Positions 1 to 9,827 of a stretch of 64,000 nt of DNA are shown here, piece after piece. Numbering within the stretch: the first letter of the stretch is position 1; each line of letters starts with the position of its first letter. The DNA lies in the NCBI GenBank assembly GCA_965223705.1, contig OZ245015.1:1696001-1760000 (forward strand), in the 5' to 3' direction. A program made the translations under genes and the position numbers. Source of the stretch: Myxococcota bacterium. GTDB taxonomy: Bacteria > Myxococcota_A > UBA9160 > UBA6930. The notes under the pieces were generated by a model that saw nothing but the letters and a program-made list of their open reading frames with translations, made no database searches and was not told the origin of the DNA.

Positions 1-552
1 GACGCGTTGCTCGCTCAGATCGACCGGTTCGTGCGGCCAGGTCGAGGTGTGCCAGGACTTCCCGCGATAGTCGGCGAAGCCGGGGATCTCGGGGATGTAG
101 GGCGCCGAGAGGACGCCCGTCGCCTGGAGGAGAAAGCGCGCGGAAGCACGCTCGCCGCTTTCGGTTTCCACGGTCCAGAGGCGTTTCGAGGCATCGAAGT
201 GCGCCGATACAACGCGCGCGTTGAACTGGATATCGCGCCGAAGATCGAACTTGTCGGCGACGTGGTTGAGATAGCGCTCGGTTTCGGGCTGGGCCGAGAA
301 ATGCTCCTTCCATTCCCATTCGTCGAGGAGCTCTTTCGAGAAGGAGTAGCCGTAGCTGTAGCTTTCCGAATCGAATCGGGCGCCGGGGTAGCGGTTCCAG
401 TACCAAGTGCCGCCGACGCCGCTCCCGGCCTCAAAGCCTCGAGCGCTGAACCCGAGCTCGCGAAGCCGGTGGTGGAAATAGAGCCCCGAGACGCCCGCGC
501 CAATCACGATGGCGTCGGTGGCGGGCGGGTCGGTCGAAGGCGATGTCGTCAT
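1..552 (-). CDS. Baeyer-Villiger monooxygenase, N-terminal part (runs off left edge)
   Basis: Not in the ORF track. Manual translation from ATG 552 gives MTTSP..DAIVIGAGVSG..GGTWYWNRYPGARFDSES..YRGKSWHTSTWP (Rossmann motif and BVMO fingerprint); GAGGA SD upstream. Confidence 0.9.
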   Translation of the reverse strand, partial: MTTSPSTDPPATDAIVIGAGVSGLYFHHRLRELGFSARGFEAGSGVGGTWYWNRYPGARFDSESYSYGYSFSKELLDEWEWKEHFSAQPETERYLNHVADKFDLRRDIQFNARVVSAHFDASKRLWTVETESGERASARFLLQATGVLSAPYIPEIPGFADYRGKSWHTSTWPHEPVDLSEQRV

Positions 553-640
553 GCGGTTCCTCGGCAGGGTGATGGGCTTGGCCCTATTCTAGATGTTCTC
601 GCGAGGAGTGGTTTCCGACCCCGAGCGACGAGGAGGTTCT

Positions 641-1282
641 ATGCCCATGGTCATCGATCGCTTCGATCCGAGGCGGAGCGCCGTCATCGTGGTCGACATG
701 CAGCACGATTTCGTCTCCCCTGGGGCCGCGCTGGAGACTCCGATGGGAAGGGTGCTCCTGCCCACGCTAAAGCGACTCCTCGACCATGCGCGCAGCAGCG
801 GGATGCGCGTCATCTACACCGCCCATGTCCATCGCCGTGACGGCTCGGACATGGGTCGATTCGGAGAGATCTGGTCACCGATCGCACAAGGGACGGCGCT
901 GGTCGACGGTGAGGCGGGGGTGGACGTGATCGACGAGGTCGCTCCGCAGGAGGATGAGCCCATCATCAAGAAGCATCGCTACAGCGCGTTCTTCGGCACC
1001 GATCTCGATATGATCCTGCGGACGGCGAACATCGAAAACGTGATCATCACCGGCGTCACCACCGAGAACTGCTGTCACGCGACGGCGCGCGACGCGATGT
1101 TCCACGGGTATCGCGTCGCCTTCATCTCGGACGCCACAGGTACCTTCGACTATCCCGATATCGGTTACGGCGAGATCCCGGCGAGCGAGGTACACCGGGT
1201 TTCCCTCGGCGTCCTCGGGGTCTCGACTGCGCACGTGATGGATTGCGAGGAGCTGATCTCGCGGACGGCCGCCGCGGAATAG
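641..1282 (+). CDS. Isochorismatase-family cysteine hydrolase
   Basis: VVDMQHDF, KHRYSAFFGT and GVTTENCC motifs (D-K-C triad); AGGAGG SD before ATG 641. Confidence 0.9.
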   Translation: MPMVIDRFDPRRSAVIVVDMQHDFVSPGAALETPMGRVLLPTLKRLLDHARSSGMRVIYTAHVHRRDGSDMGRFGEIWSPIAQGTALVDGEAGVDVIDEVAPQEDEPIIKKHRYSAFFGTDLDMILRTANIENVIITGVTTENCCHATARDAMFHGYRVAFISDATGTFDYPDIGYGEIPASEVHRVSLGVLGVSTAHVMDCEELISRTAAAE

Positions 1283-1311
1283 GCGTGTCCTCCGGAACGC
1301 GCCGAACGTCG

Positions 1312-2514
1312 TTACCGCACGTCGTCCGTAAAGTTCGGAAGCACCTTTTCCGTCAGCAGCTCGAAATGACGCATCATCGCCTTTTGTGGAACCACTTCGT
1401 TGAAGGTGAAGCAGAACAGGTACTCCGCAGGGAGCTCTTCGAGCACGGATTCCAGTTTGCGATTGACGGTATCGGGTGAGCCGCAGATCGTGAGTCCCCG
1501 CTCCACCTGGGATTCGAAGGTCTCCGGAATCGTGCGGTAATCCTCGCCGTCGTTGGCGAGTGCCGCGTTGAAACCGAAGGGCCCGAAGAAGGGATGCCAC
1601 ACCTGCGCGCTTCCGTTGGCGCCGAGCTCGAAAGCTTCTTCGTCGGTGTCGGCGACAAGGATCTCGCGGGTGAGTCCCATGCGCTCACCGAACGCCAGGT
1701 TACGCCCCGCGTCGGCATGGGCCTCTTGACAGACGCGGAACTGCGCCGCGGCGAGGTCCATGTCGCAAACGATGGAGATCGGAACGACGTCGCGTTCCCC
1801 GGCCCATCGAATCGACGATTCGGAGAAGCTAAAGGGCTGAAAAACGGGCGGGTGGGGCTTTTGAAAGGGCTCTGGAACGATTCCGACCTCGGTGAGTATG
1901 CCGTTCGCGTCCACCCCACGACCGAGTTTCCGCGTGATGTCCTGCGCCGCCCAATGCGTGCGGGGCGGGGGGATCTCCCAGTGCTTTCCCTTGTGATGGA
2001 AACTGCTCTCCGTCCATGCCTTGATCACAATCTCGAAGTGTTCTTCGTACAGCTCTTTCTTTAGGGCTTCGTAACGCTCGGGGTCGCTCGTGCTGTCGGC
2101 GAGCGTTTCGTAGTGCTGCCCAAGGGTGTTTACCCAACGCGGTTGATAACCCCGAGCGAAGCCGGCAAAGGCGCGGCCTTGTGTCAGCTGATCGAGCATC
2201 GCGATGTCTTCGGCAACGCGCAGCGGGTTGTGGCACGGCAAGACGATGCCGAGTTGACCGACGTGAAGGTTCTTCGTCTGCTGCGCGAAGTAGAGGTCGA
2301 GCATGACCGGGTTCGTCGACACCTCTTCCCCTTCGATGTGGAAGTGGTGCTCGGTGCTCGCGTAGCCCCAGTAGCCGTGCTCGTCGCAGTATTGGAGCTG
2401 CTCGGTCAGGTTCCGCACCATGCGCTGGTAGAGGTCGGTGCGGCGTCCGGCCATCCCTTGTTGGAGTTCCGAGACGCTGCCGATCGTGGGTAGGTAGAAG
2501 ACGCCGACTTTCAC
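1312..2514 (-). CDS. LLM-class flavin-dependent monooxygenase
   Basis: TEHHF, HNPLRVAEDIAMLDQLTQGR, GFARGY, PFQKPHPP; GGAGG SD before GTG 2514. Confidence 0.9.
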   Translation of the reverse strand: MKVGVFYLPTIGSVSELQQGMAGRRTDLYQRMVRNLTEQLQYCDEHGYWGYASTEHHFHIEGEEVSTNPVMLDLYFAQQTKNLHVGQLGIVLPCHNPLRVAEDIAMLDQLTQGRAFAGFARGYQPRWVNTLGQHYETLADSTSDPERYEALKKELYEEHFEIVIKAWTESSFHHKGKHWEIPPPRTHWAAQDITRKLGRGVDANGILTEVGIVPEPFQKPHPPVFQPFSFSESSIRWAGERDVVPISIVCDMDLAAAQFRVCQEAHADAGRNLAFGERMGLTREILVADTDEEAFELGANGSAQVWHPFFGPFGFNAALANDGEDYRTIPETFESQVERGLTICGSPDTVNRKLESVLEELPAEYLFCFTFNEVVPQKAMMRHFELLTEKVLPNFTDDVR

Positions 2515-2554
2515 AGGGACCTCCTTGCAAAGGATCACCTTGCCCGGAAACACA

Positions 2555-2590
2555 CCCTCGTGGGTATGACAGGTGTCATACCCACGAGGG
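2555..2590. repeat. Perfect inverted repeat (16-bp arms), copy 1 of GGGTATGA-N6-TCATACCC
   Basis: CCCTCGTGGGTATGAC-AGGT-GTCATACCCACGAGGG in a divergent intergenic region. Confidence 0.85.
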
Positions 2591-2651
2591 CCTTAGCTCC
2601 GGGCCGCACCGCGCATCGCCTCAGTTCGAAGAGGGGCTACGCTCAGGGGCG

Positions 2652-3635
2652 ATGCTGGCCCAGCGGATCGAGCGTCTACAGCACCCGCTCGTGCGACGGG
2701 ACCTCACGCCGGATCCCCTCGAGGAAGGCGAGCTCCGGGTTCGCGTCGAAGCGTGTGCGGTGTGCCGGACCGATCTGCACTTGATCGACGGAGAGGTCGC
2801 GGTGCCGCACCTCCCCGTCACGCCAGGGCACGAAGTCGTCGGCATCGTCACCGAATCCCGGGCGCGAGACGTTCCGGTCCAAGTGGGGGATCGCGTCGGG
2901 ATCCCGTGGCTGGCGGGGACGTGCGGCGTCTGCCGCTACTGTCGGAGTGGTCGCGAGAATCTTTGCGACGCGGCTCGTTTCACCGGTTGCCACGTCGACG
3001 GTGGTTTTGCCGAAACCGCGAAGGCCGACGCGCGCTTCGTGTTGCCGATTCCGGACGACCTCGATGCCGCCCACGCGGCGCCGCTGCTCTGCGCTGGTCT
3101 GATCGGTTATCGGTCCTACCGCATGGCAGGGGATCACGCGTGCTTGGGGCTGTACGGCTTCGGCGCTGCGGCGCACATCGTTGCGCAATTGGCGGTTGCG
3201 GAAGGGCGCAAGGTGTTCGCCTTCACGCGCCCGGGCGATCGCGAGGGGCAGACCTTCGCTCGAGGGCTGGGCGCCGTCTGGGCCGGCGGTTCCGACGAAG
3301 CGCCGCCCGAGCCCCTCGATAGCGCCATCCTTTTTGCACCGGTCGGCGCCTTGGTTCCCAGGGCACTCGCTGAGGTGCGCCGAGGAGGGCGGGTCGTCTG
3401 CGCCGGGATCCACATGTCGGAAATCCCCGCGTTCCCGTACGAGCTTTTGTGGGGCGAGCGCCGCCTGCTCTCCGTGGCGAATCTGACGCGCGACGATGGC
3501 TTCGGGTTCTTCGACACCCTCGCGAAACACCCGGTGCAAACGCGAGTCACGACGTTTCCTCTAGAAGACGCCAATCGCGCTGTGGCGGCACTGCGTCGGG
3601 GAGAACTTCTCGGAGCCGCCGTGCTGATCCCCTGA
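2652..3635 (+). CDS. Zinc-dependent alcohol dehydrogenase family
   Basis: CRTDLH, GHE, structural-zinc CGVCRYCRSGRENLC, GLYGFGAAA. Confidence 0.92.
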   Translation: MLAQRIERLQHPLVRRDLTPDPLEEGELRVRVEACAVCRTDLHLIDGEVAVPHLPVTPGHEVVGIVTESRARDVPVQVGDRVGIPWLAGTCGVCRYCRSGRENLCDAARFTGCHVDGGFAETAKADARFVLPIPDDLDAAHAAPLLCAGLIGYRSYRMAGDHACLGLYGFGAAAHIVAQLAVAEGRKVFAFTRPGDREGQTFARGLGAVWAGGSDEAPPEPLDSAILFAPVGALVPRALAEVRRGGRVVCAGIHMSEIPAFPYELLWGERRLLSVANLTRDDGFGFFDTLAKHPVQTRVTTFPLEDANRAVAALRRGELLGAAVLIP

Positions 3636-3642
3636 GCTTTGC

Positions 3643-3987
3643 CTAGGGATCGTTCGAGGGACCGCCGGAGGCGAAGAACACCAACAACGTGATGTCCTCT
3701 TCGATTTTGAAGAAGGAATGCTCCGAGCTGGCCTGGACATAAAGGATGGAGCCGGGGCCGACCACACGCTCCTCGTCCCGAACCTTGACCCGGCCCCGCC
3801 CTTCGACGACGTAGTAGACCTCGTCCTCATCGTGAGGGCTTTGGAGATCCGTGGACCCAGCCTCGAGGTGGTAGATGCCGCAACTGAGCGCCGGAACCCG
3901 AAGGAATTCGCGGTAGGCGAAGCCTGATTTTTCGCGTTCGGCGATCTCGCTCGCGATATCGAAAGCCTTCCAGAGTTCTCCTGCCAT
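3643..3987 (-). CDS. Cupin domain protein
   Basis: PHDEDEVYYVVEG..GSILYV..EHSF cupin motifs. Confidence 0.85.
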   Translation of the reverse strand: MAGELWKAFDIASEIAEREKSGFAYREFLRVPALSCGIYHLEAGSTDLQSPHDEDEVYYVVEGRGRVKVRDEERVVGPGSILYVQASSEHSFFKIEEDITLLVFFASGGPSNDP

Positions 3988-4064
3988 CGCGTAAGCCTCC
4001 TCTAGCGCCCCCTACGGTACACGCAAAACCGCGGTCGCCGTCAACCTTGCCGAGCGCCGGGCTT

Positions 4065-4088
4065 CGGGTATGAGCGCGGTCATACCCG
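4065..4088. repeat. Inverted repeat, copy 2 of GGGTATGA-N6-TCATACCC
   Basis: CGGGTATGA-GCGCGG-TCATACCCG in a divergent intergenic region. Confidence 0.8.
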
Positions 4089-4153
4089 GCGGGGGGCGCG
4101 CCCGCACGCTTGTCCTACCGTGAAGCTACGCACGTCTGTCGAGGAGAAACGCA

Positions 4154-5755
4154 ATGGCCAAGAGCGATCACTACGACGCCATCATCATCGGAGCCGGCAT
4201 CTCGGGCATGTACATGAGCCACAAGCTGCGGGAGCTCGGTATGTCGTTCCGGGTCTTCGAGGCCGGCACCGGCGTCGGTGGGACGTGGTACTGGAACCGC
4301 TATCCCGGTGCGCGTTTTGACTCCGAGTCCTACTCCTACGCCTACTCGTTCTCGGACGAGATTCTCGACGAGTGGGAGTGGAGCGAGCATTTCGCCGCCC
4401 AGCCCGAGACGCTGCGCTACCTGAACTTCGTCGCCGACAAGCTCGATCTCCGTCACGATATCGAGTTCAGCACGCGCATCGTGGCCGCGAGCTATGACGA
4501 GGCTTCGAACACCTGGGAGGTCGAGACCGAGCAAGGCAAGCGAGCACGCGCGACGTTCCTGATCACAGCGATCGGTCCGTTGTCCGTGCCCTACGTCCCG
4601 GCATTCAAGGGCATCGATACCTTCAAGGGCCAGTCGTTCCATACGGGAAGCTGGCCGCACGAACCCGTCGACCTCCGCGGCAAGCGCGTCGGCATCATCG
4701 GCACCGGTGCCACCGCGGTTCAGGTGATCACCGAAATCGCGAAGACGGTCGGATATCTCACCGTGTTCCAGAAAGAGCCCAATTTCTGCGTGCCGCTGCG
4801 CAACAAGCCGATCGACGCCGAAACCCAGAAAGAGCTCAAGGCCAACGCCAAGAAGATCTTCGACCAATGCAAAGCGACCTTCGGCCAATTCATTCACGGC
4901 TTCGACGAGCGCTCCGCACTCGAGGTCTCACCGGAGGAGCGTGAGGCGTTCTTTGAGAAACTCTACGCGGAGCCCGGTTTTGCGCTGTGGCTCTCGAACT
5001 ATCACGACATTTTCTCGAGCCGCGAGGCCAACGATCTCATCACCGAGTTCGTCAGCGAGAAGATCCGCGAGCGGATCGACGATCCCGAGGTGGCGGCGAA
5101 GCTGATCCCCAAGGACCACGGCTTCGGTACGAAGCGCGTGCCGATGGAGAGCGGCTACTACGAGGTCTACAACCAGGACAACGTGCTGCTGGTCGATGTC
5201 AACGAGAACCCGATCGAGTACATCACCGAAAAGGGTGTCCAGTGTCGTGACGGCGAGTACGAGTTCGATCTCATCATCTACGCCACTGGCTTCGATGCCG
5301 TGACCGGCGGATTCATGAAGATGGATATCCGCGGCGTCGATGGACAATCGCTCCGCGACAAGTGGGCCGACGGTCCGCGAACCTATCTAGGGCTCCAGAC
5401 CGCGGGCTTCCCGAACCTGATGACCATCGTCGGCCCCCACAACGGCGGCACGTTCTGTAACATTCCACGCTGCATCGAACAGAACGTCGAATGGGTGGCC
5501 GATCTCCTGCGCTACATGCGCGACCATGACTACCACCGGATTTCGGCCACGCCGGAGGCCGAGGACGCGTGGACCGAGCACGTCTACGACGCGGTCAGCG
5601 AGACCCTGATTCCAGAGACGGATTCGTGGTTTATCGGCGCCAACATTCCGGGCAAGAAGAAGACCTTCCTCATGTACGCCGGCGGCATGCCGACCTTCCG
5701 CGAACGCTGTGACGAAGTCGCCGCGAACGGCTACGAGGGATTCGCGCTGGGATAA
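4154..5755 (+). CDS. Type I Baeyer-Villiger monooxygenase
   Basis: GAGISG, GGTWYWNRYPG, FKGQSFHTGSWP fingerprint, GTGATA, FGTKR, ATGF; GAGGAG SD. Confidence 0.95.
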   Translation: MAKSDHYDAIIIGAGISGMYMSHKLRELGMSFRVFEAGTGVGGTWYWNRYPGARFDSESYSYAYSFSDEILDEWEWSEHFAAQPETLRYLNFVADKLDLRHDIEFSTRIVAASYDEASNTWEVETEQGKRARATFLITAIGPLSVPYVPAFKGIDTFKGQSFHTGSWPHEPVDLRGKRVGIIGTGATAVQVITEIAKTVGYLTVFQKEPNFCVPLRNKPIDAETQKELKANAKKIFDQCKATFGQFIHGFDERSALEVSPEEREAFFEKLYAEPGFALWLSNYHDIFSSREANDLITEFVSEKIRERIDDPEVAAKLIPKDHGFGTKRVPMESGYYEVYNQDNVLLVDVNENPIEYITEKGVQCRDGEYEFDLIIYATGFDAVTGGFMKMDIRGVDGQSLRDKWADGPRTYLGLQTAGFPNLMTIVGPHNGGTFCNIPRCIEQNVEWVADLLRYMRDHDYHRISATPEAEDAWTEHVYDAVSETLIPETDSWFIGANIPGKKKTFLMYAGGMPTFRERCDEVAANGYEGFALG

Positions 5756-5796
5756 ACCGGGGCTCGTCCGGCGCGATCGCTTGCTACGATTCCGGC

Positions 5797-6630
5797 ATGC
5801 GAATGATCACGCTTGTTACTTTGATTTCGATAGCGCTCGTCGGTTCCGTGTCCGCTCCGTCCCGGGCCGCGAGCGGCAATTTCGCGGGGCTCGAAGATAC
5901 CCTCGCCCACGAGCGACGCGCCGACGACCGTGGACGCGACCTCTATCGGCATCCCGAGGAGACCCTGCGGTTCTTCGACGTCCAGCCGACGCACACGATC
6001 GTCGAGTACGCGCCGGGGCGCGGGTGGTACACGAAGATTTTGGCGCCCTACGTCGCACCGGCGGGCCGGTACATCGCCGTCAGCTTTGCGGGCGACGACA
6101 CGCCGATCGAACGCTTAAAGGAGCGGCTCGCGGGGTGGGATGAGGCGTTCCCCGGACGGGTCGCGGAGATGACCGGGCTTCCGGCCGAGCGCTTTACAGC
6201 GCACTTTGGCAACTCGATTCCGGAGGAGGCCCACGGCACGGTCGATCGCATCCTCGTGATCCGCATGCTCCACAACCTGTTGCGTTGGGATATCGCCGAT
6301 CAGGAGCTTCGGGCCCTGCGCAAGATGTTGAAGGACGACGGCCTGGTGGGCGTGGTGCAGCATCGGGCGAAGCCCGACGCGCCGTACCGTTACCGGGATG
6401 GCAACAAGGGTTACCTCCGCGAGCAGGACGTCATCGCGATCATGGAACTCCACGGCTTCCGTTTGGTCGACAAGAGCGAGATCAACGCGAACGCCGCAGA
6501 TCCGACGGATCACGAGTCGGGTGTCTGGACGCTTCCGCCGAGCTATCGCTTGGGCGAGACCGACAAGGACAAGTACGCGTCGATCGGCGAAAGCGATCGG
6601 GCGACCTTGCTCTTCGAGAAAGCCCCGTAG
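5797..6630 (+). CDS. Exported class I SAM-dependent methyltransferase-like protein
   Basis: Signal peptide; RDLYRHPEETLRFF, EYAPGRGWYT, SEINAN, IGESDR motifs. Confidence 0.82.
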   Translation: MRMITLVTLISIALVGSVSAPSRAASGNFAGLEDTLAHERRADDRGRDLYRHPEETLRFFDVQPTHTIVEYAPGRGWYTKILAPYVAPAGRYIAVSFAGDDTPIERLKERLAGWDEAFPGRVAEMTGLPAERFTAHFGNSIPEEAHGTVDRILVIRMLHNLLRWDIADQELRALRKMLKDDGLVGVVQHRAKPDAPYRYRDGNKGYLREQDVIAIMELHGFRLVDKSEINANAADPTDHESGVWTLPPSYRLGETDKDKYASIGESDRATLLFEKAP

Positions 6631-6631
6631 G

Positions 6632-7687
6632 CTAGAGAATCTCTGTCAGGGAGCGGATCAGGTCGAGCTGTTGCGCCGCATTGCGGCTATCGAGCCCGAT
6701 GAGCATCGTGAAGTCGATATCGAGCGACTGCCAGCGCGATAGCTGATCGCGCATGTGCTCTTTCGGACCGACCAGTGCGAGCTCGTCGATGAGCTCGACG
6801 GGAACCGCGGCTTCGGCATCGGCTTTCTTGCCGGCGAGATAGAGCTGCTGAATCCGATCGGAGGTCTCCTGGTAGCCGTAGCGGTCGATGGCGTTCTTGT
6901 GGAAGTTCTGATCCTTCGCTCCCATGCCGCCGATATAGAGCGCCAGAAACGGACGAACCCGATCTCGGCACGCGTCGAGATCTTCGCCGGGGACCACCGG
7001 CTGGAAGACGTAGATGTCGAAGTTGTCGAGCGACTTACCGCCGCCTGCCTTGGCGAAGCCGGCCTCGAGTTTCGGGCGGTAGACGCGGTCGAAGTGGATC
7101 GGCGAGAGAAGCATCGCCAACCATCCCTCGGCGATTTCAGCCGTTTGTTCGATGTTTCGCGGTCCTTCGGCGCCGATGACGATGGGGATGTCCGGGCGCC
7201 CATGCAGGATGCTCTTCAGCGGCTTGCCGAGGCCCGTCGCGTCCGCGCCCGCGTAGGGAATCCGATATTGGTCGCCGTCGTGGGTGAGCGGAGCCTTGCG
7301 CTCGAAGATGTCGCGCAGGATCCCGACGTACTCGCGCATCCGCGCGATGGGCCGTTCGTAGGATGCCCCGTACCAACCCTCGACGACTTGCGGCCCGGAC
7401 ACTCCGAGCCCGAGGATCATTCGCCCGCCACTCAGTTGGTCGAGCGTCATTGCCGCCATTGCGGTGGCAGCGGGCGTGCGCGCGGCGAGCTGCACGATCC
7501 CCGTGGCAAGCTTCATCTTCTTCGTGTGAGAGCCGATCCACGCGAGTGGTGTGAGCGCGTCTGAACCGTAGGCCTCCGCCGTCCACAACGAGTCGCAGCC
7601 CATCGCTTCGGCTTCCTGCACGTATCGGATCGGCGCGTCGATGGTCCGCCCGGAATAGCCCAGCGAAATTCCCAACTTCATCGTCAC
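6632..7687 (-). CDS. LLM-class, probably F420-dependent, oxidoreductase
   Basis: [43 protein letters not shown]. Confidence 0.9.
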   Translation of the reverse strand: MTMKLGISLGYSGRTIDAPIRYVQEAEAMGCDSLWTAEAYGSDALTPLAWIGSHTKKMKLATGIVQLAARTPAATAMAAMTLDQLSGGRMILGLGVSGPQVVEGWYGASYERPIARMREYVGILRDIFERKAPLTHDGDQYRIPYAGADATGLGKPLKSILHGRPDIPIVIGAEGPRNIEQTAEIAEGWLAMLLSPIHFDRVYRPKLEAGFAKAGGGKSLDNFDIYVFQPVVPGEDLDACRDRVRPFLALYIGGMGAKDQNFHKNAIDRYGYQETSDRIQQLYLAGKKADAEAAVPVELIDELALVGPKEHMRDQLSRWQSLDIDFTMLIGLDSRNAAQQLDLIRSLTEIL

Positions 7688-7717
7688 GACTTCAAGTGAG
7701 CGACTCGCTCCTGCGAA

Positions 7718-8809
7718 TCAGGTGCCGCACGTCGCCGGTGGATCCTGGGTGACGTCGAGCGCGTTGCAAACGGGGGTCTCGGCTGTGGTTTTTAGTAGCT
7801 TGCGGGTCCATAGTGCGGAGCCCGGCATGGTGTTGCCGAAATTCGGCTGACCGGAGCCCAGGCTCTGGTTGTCGTTCAGGTCGCCACCGATAGCCATGGC
7901 CTGAACAAGATATCCGACCGAGGCGGATCGAAACGGTCCAAATCCGCCGATGGCCGGGTTGTACGCCGCCGGGTCGGTCAGCGCAAAGAGGCTCAGGTGT
8001 CCCACGAAGTACGGCGTTCCGCCGGGCCCATTCTCTCGGCGGACACTCAGACCAAAAATGTCCTCGAGGTTCACGACCGTGATGCAGTCGTACTTCAGCG
8101 TATTCGAAAGCGACTGTTCGTCGTCGTCGTACACCAGCCCGCCGACGGTCACCGGTGAGTTCCAGCCAATGCGCCCGTGGAGGGTGTAGAGAACCAGCTG
8201 AGCGGCGACGTCATCGTCCGGAGCGATGAAACTCGTCGCGAGCACAGCAGGCACCATCAGCGTGTTGTTCTGGTTCGTACCCTGAACCTGATGATGCCAG
8301 CCGTTCGCGGACATCGCGAGTCCCGCAAGAAAGTTGATGTAAGTGAAGTCGGCGATCAGGGAGTTCGTCGATCTCAAGTTTGCGGGGACTCCTGCGCCCA
8401 GCGTTGTGTGAAAGACGATGAAGCCGCCGCCGACAAGTGGGGCGGATCCGGAGGGAATGAACTGCGTTCGCACGATATTCAAGTTGCTCTGGGTGATATC
8501 GCTGCACTCGTACGTGACCTTCGCGCCGCCGACGCCGTCCGGTTCGAAGACGAAGTAGGTCGTCTCCATCGGTGAGAGCGGGCAGTCGAAGTCGATGCCT
8601 TGCCACTCCTCGTTCAACGCCGTCCAGTGAACGGTCACAGGCTCGGAAAGGGCATTGGTCAAGCTGACGACCGTGACGTCCCCGAGGCTCGCGAACCAGG
8701 GGGTCGAGACGACACTCCCCGTAGCCGAGTGATCCATCAGATCGAGGGCGGCGTGGCTCGTGTTGTGAACGAGGCAGAGCGCGAAGACGATTGCGGCGAT
8801 CTTCACCAT
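7718..8809 (-). CDS. Secreted hypothetical protein, possible cell-surface protein
   Basis: 363-aa ORF with signal peptide, AAGGA SD, beta-rich composition; no enzyme motif recognised. Confidence 0.7.
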   Translation of the reverse strand: MVKIAAIVFALCLVHNTSHAALDLMDHSATGSVVSTPWFASLGDVTVVSLTNALSEPVTVHWTALNEEWQGIDFDCPLSPMETTYFVFEPDGVGGAKVTYECSDITQSNLNIVRTQFIPSGSAPLVGGGFIVFHTTLGAGVPANLRSTNSLIADFTYINFLAGLAMSANGWHHQVQGTNQNNTLMVPAVLATSFIAPDDDVAAQLVLYTLHGRIGWNSPVTVGGLVYDDDEQSLSNTLKYDCITVVNLEDIFGLSVRRENGPGGTPYFVGHLSLFALTDPAAYNPAIGGFGPFRSASVGYLVQAMAIGGDLNDNQSLGSGQPNFGNTMPGSALWTRKLLKTTAETPVCNALDVTQDPPATCGT

Positions 8810-8935
8810 GGTTGGGGGTCCTTTCGCAACGAATGGTGCGATACCCCTACCATGTTCGCGCGAATCGCGTCCACATCAAAAATCGCGGGTCGCTTCGAGA
8901 TACACTGGCGCAAAGCTACAGACGAGGAGCCCGAT

Positions 8936-9817
8936 ATGACTTACGAAACGATCCTCTACGAGAAGAAAGACTTTCTCGCGACCGTCACGCTCAACCGCCC
9001 CGACAAGTTGAACGCGCTTTCGGAAACCCTACAGCTCGAGGTGCGGGACGCTCTCGAAGACGCCGGTTGGCGCGACGAACAGGTTCGCGTGATCGTGCTG
9101 AAAGCCGCCGGGCGTGCCTTCAGCGCGGGGTTTGACATCAGCGCCGATCAGGGCGGCAGCGCGGTCCAGTGGCGCGATTTTTTCATGAAGGGGAAGGGCT
9201 TTGCCGCATCGGCTTGGTGGGACGTCTTCTGGGGCAACCCCAAACCCATCATCGCGCAGATTCACGGCTACTGCATCGCGGGGGCGTTGGCCACCGCGAC
9301 CTTTTGCGATTTGCGGATCTGTTCGGAAGATTCCCGCTTCGGTGCGCCCGAGATCCGGATGGGGGGCCCGTACATTCCAGCCGTGTGGCCCTGGGTGATC
9401 GGTATGACGAAAGCGCGCGAGCTGCTCTACACGGGCGAGCTCATCGACGCGGCGGAAGCCAAGCGTCTCGATCTCGTGAACGATGTCGTCCCCGCAGAAG
9501 AGCTCGACGAGTTCGTCTACCGACGCGCGGAGACCATCTCGAGACTTCCCGCGGCCACGGTCGAGGGCAACAAGAAGCTCGTCAACATGTCCTACGAACT
9601 CATGGGCGTGCGCCAAGTGTTGGAGCGCTCGATGGAACTCGAGGCGATCGTACACGCCAGCGAGGAGGACGCTCCCGAGATCCGCGAGTTCAATGACATC
9701 CGTCGAGAGCGGGGACTCAAGGCGGCGCTCGACTGGAACGCCGGCCGTTTCGCCGAGAACGATGCGTGGTTCGCGGAGAGGACGAGCTCGGTCGTCGCGG
9801 GCTCGAAGAAGGAGTGA
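8936..9817 (+). CDS. Enoyl-CoA hydratase/isomerase family
   Basis: TLNRPDKLNAL, AFSAGFD, KPIIAQIHGYCIAG, FGAPE; GAGGAG SD before ATG 8936. Confidence 0.9.
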   Translation: MTYETILYEKKDFLATVTLNRPDKLNALSETLQLEVRDALEDAGWRDEQVRVIVLKAAGRAFSAGFDISADQGGSAVQWRDFFMKGKGFAASAWWDVFWGNPKPIIAQIHGYCIAGALATATFCDLRICSEDSRFGAPEIRMGGPYIPAVWPWVIGMTKARELLYTGELIDAAEAKRLDLVNDVVPAEELDEFVYRRAETISRLPAATVEGNKKLVNMSYELMGVRQVLERSMELEAIVHASEEDAPEIREFNDIRRERGLKAALDWNAGRFAENDAWFAERTSSVVAGSKKE

Positions 9818-9827
9818 CAGGCTCCGC

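Noticed and set aside
7..840. 277-aa plus-strand ORF
   Set aside because: Antisense shadow of the partial minus-strand BVMO (1-552); no family motifs.
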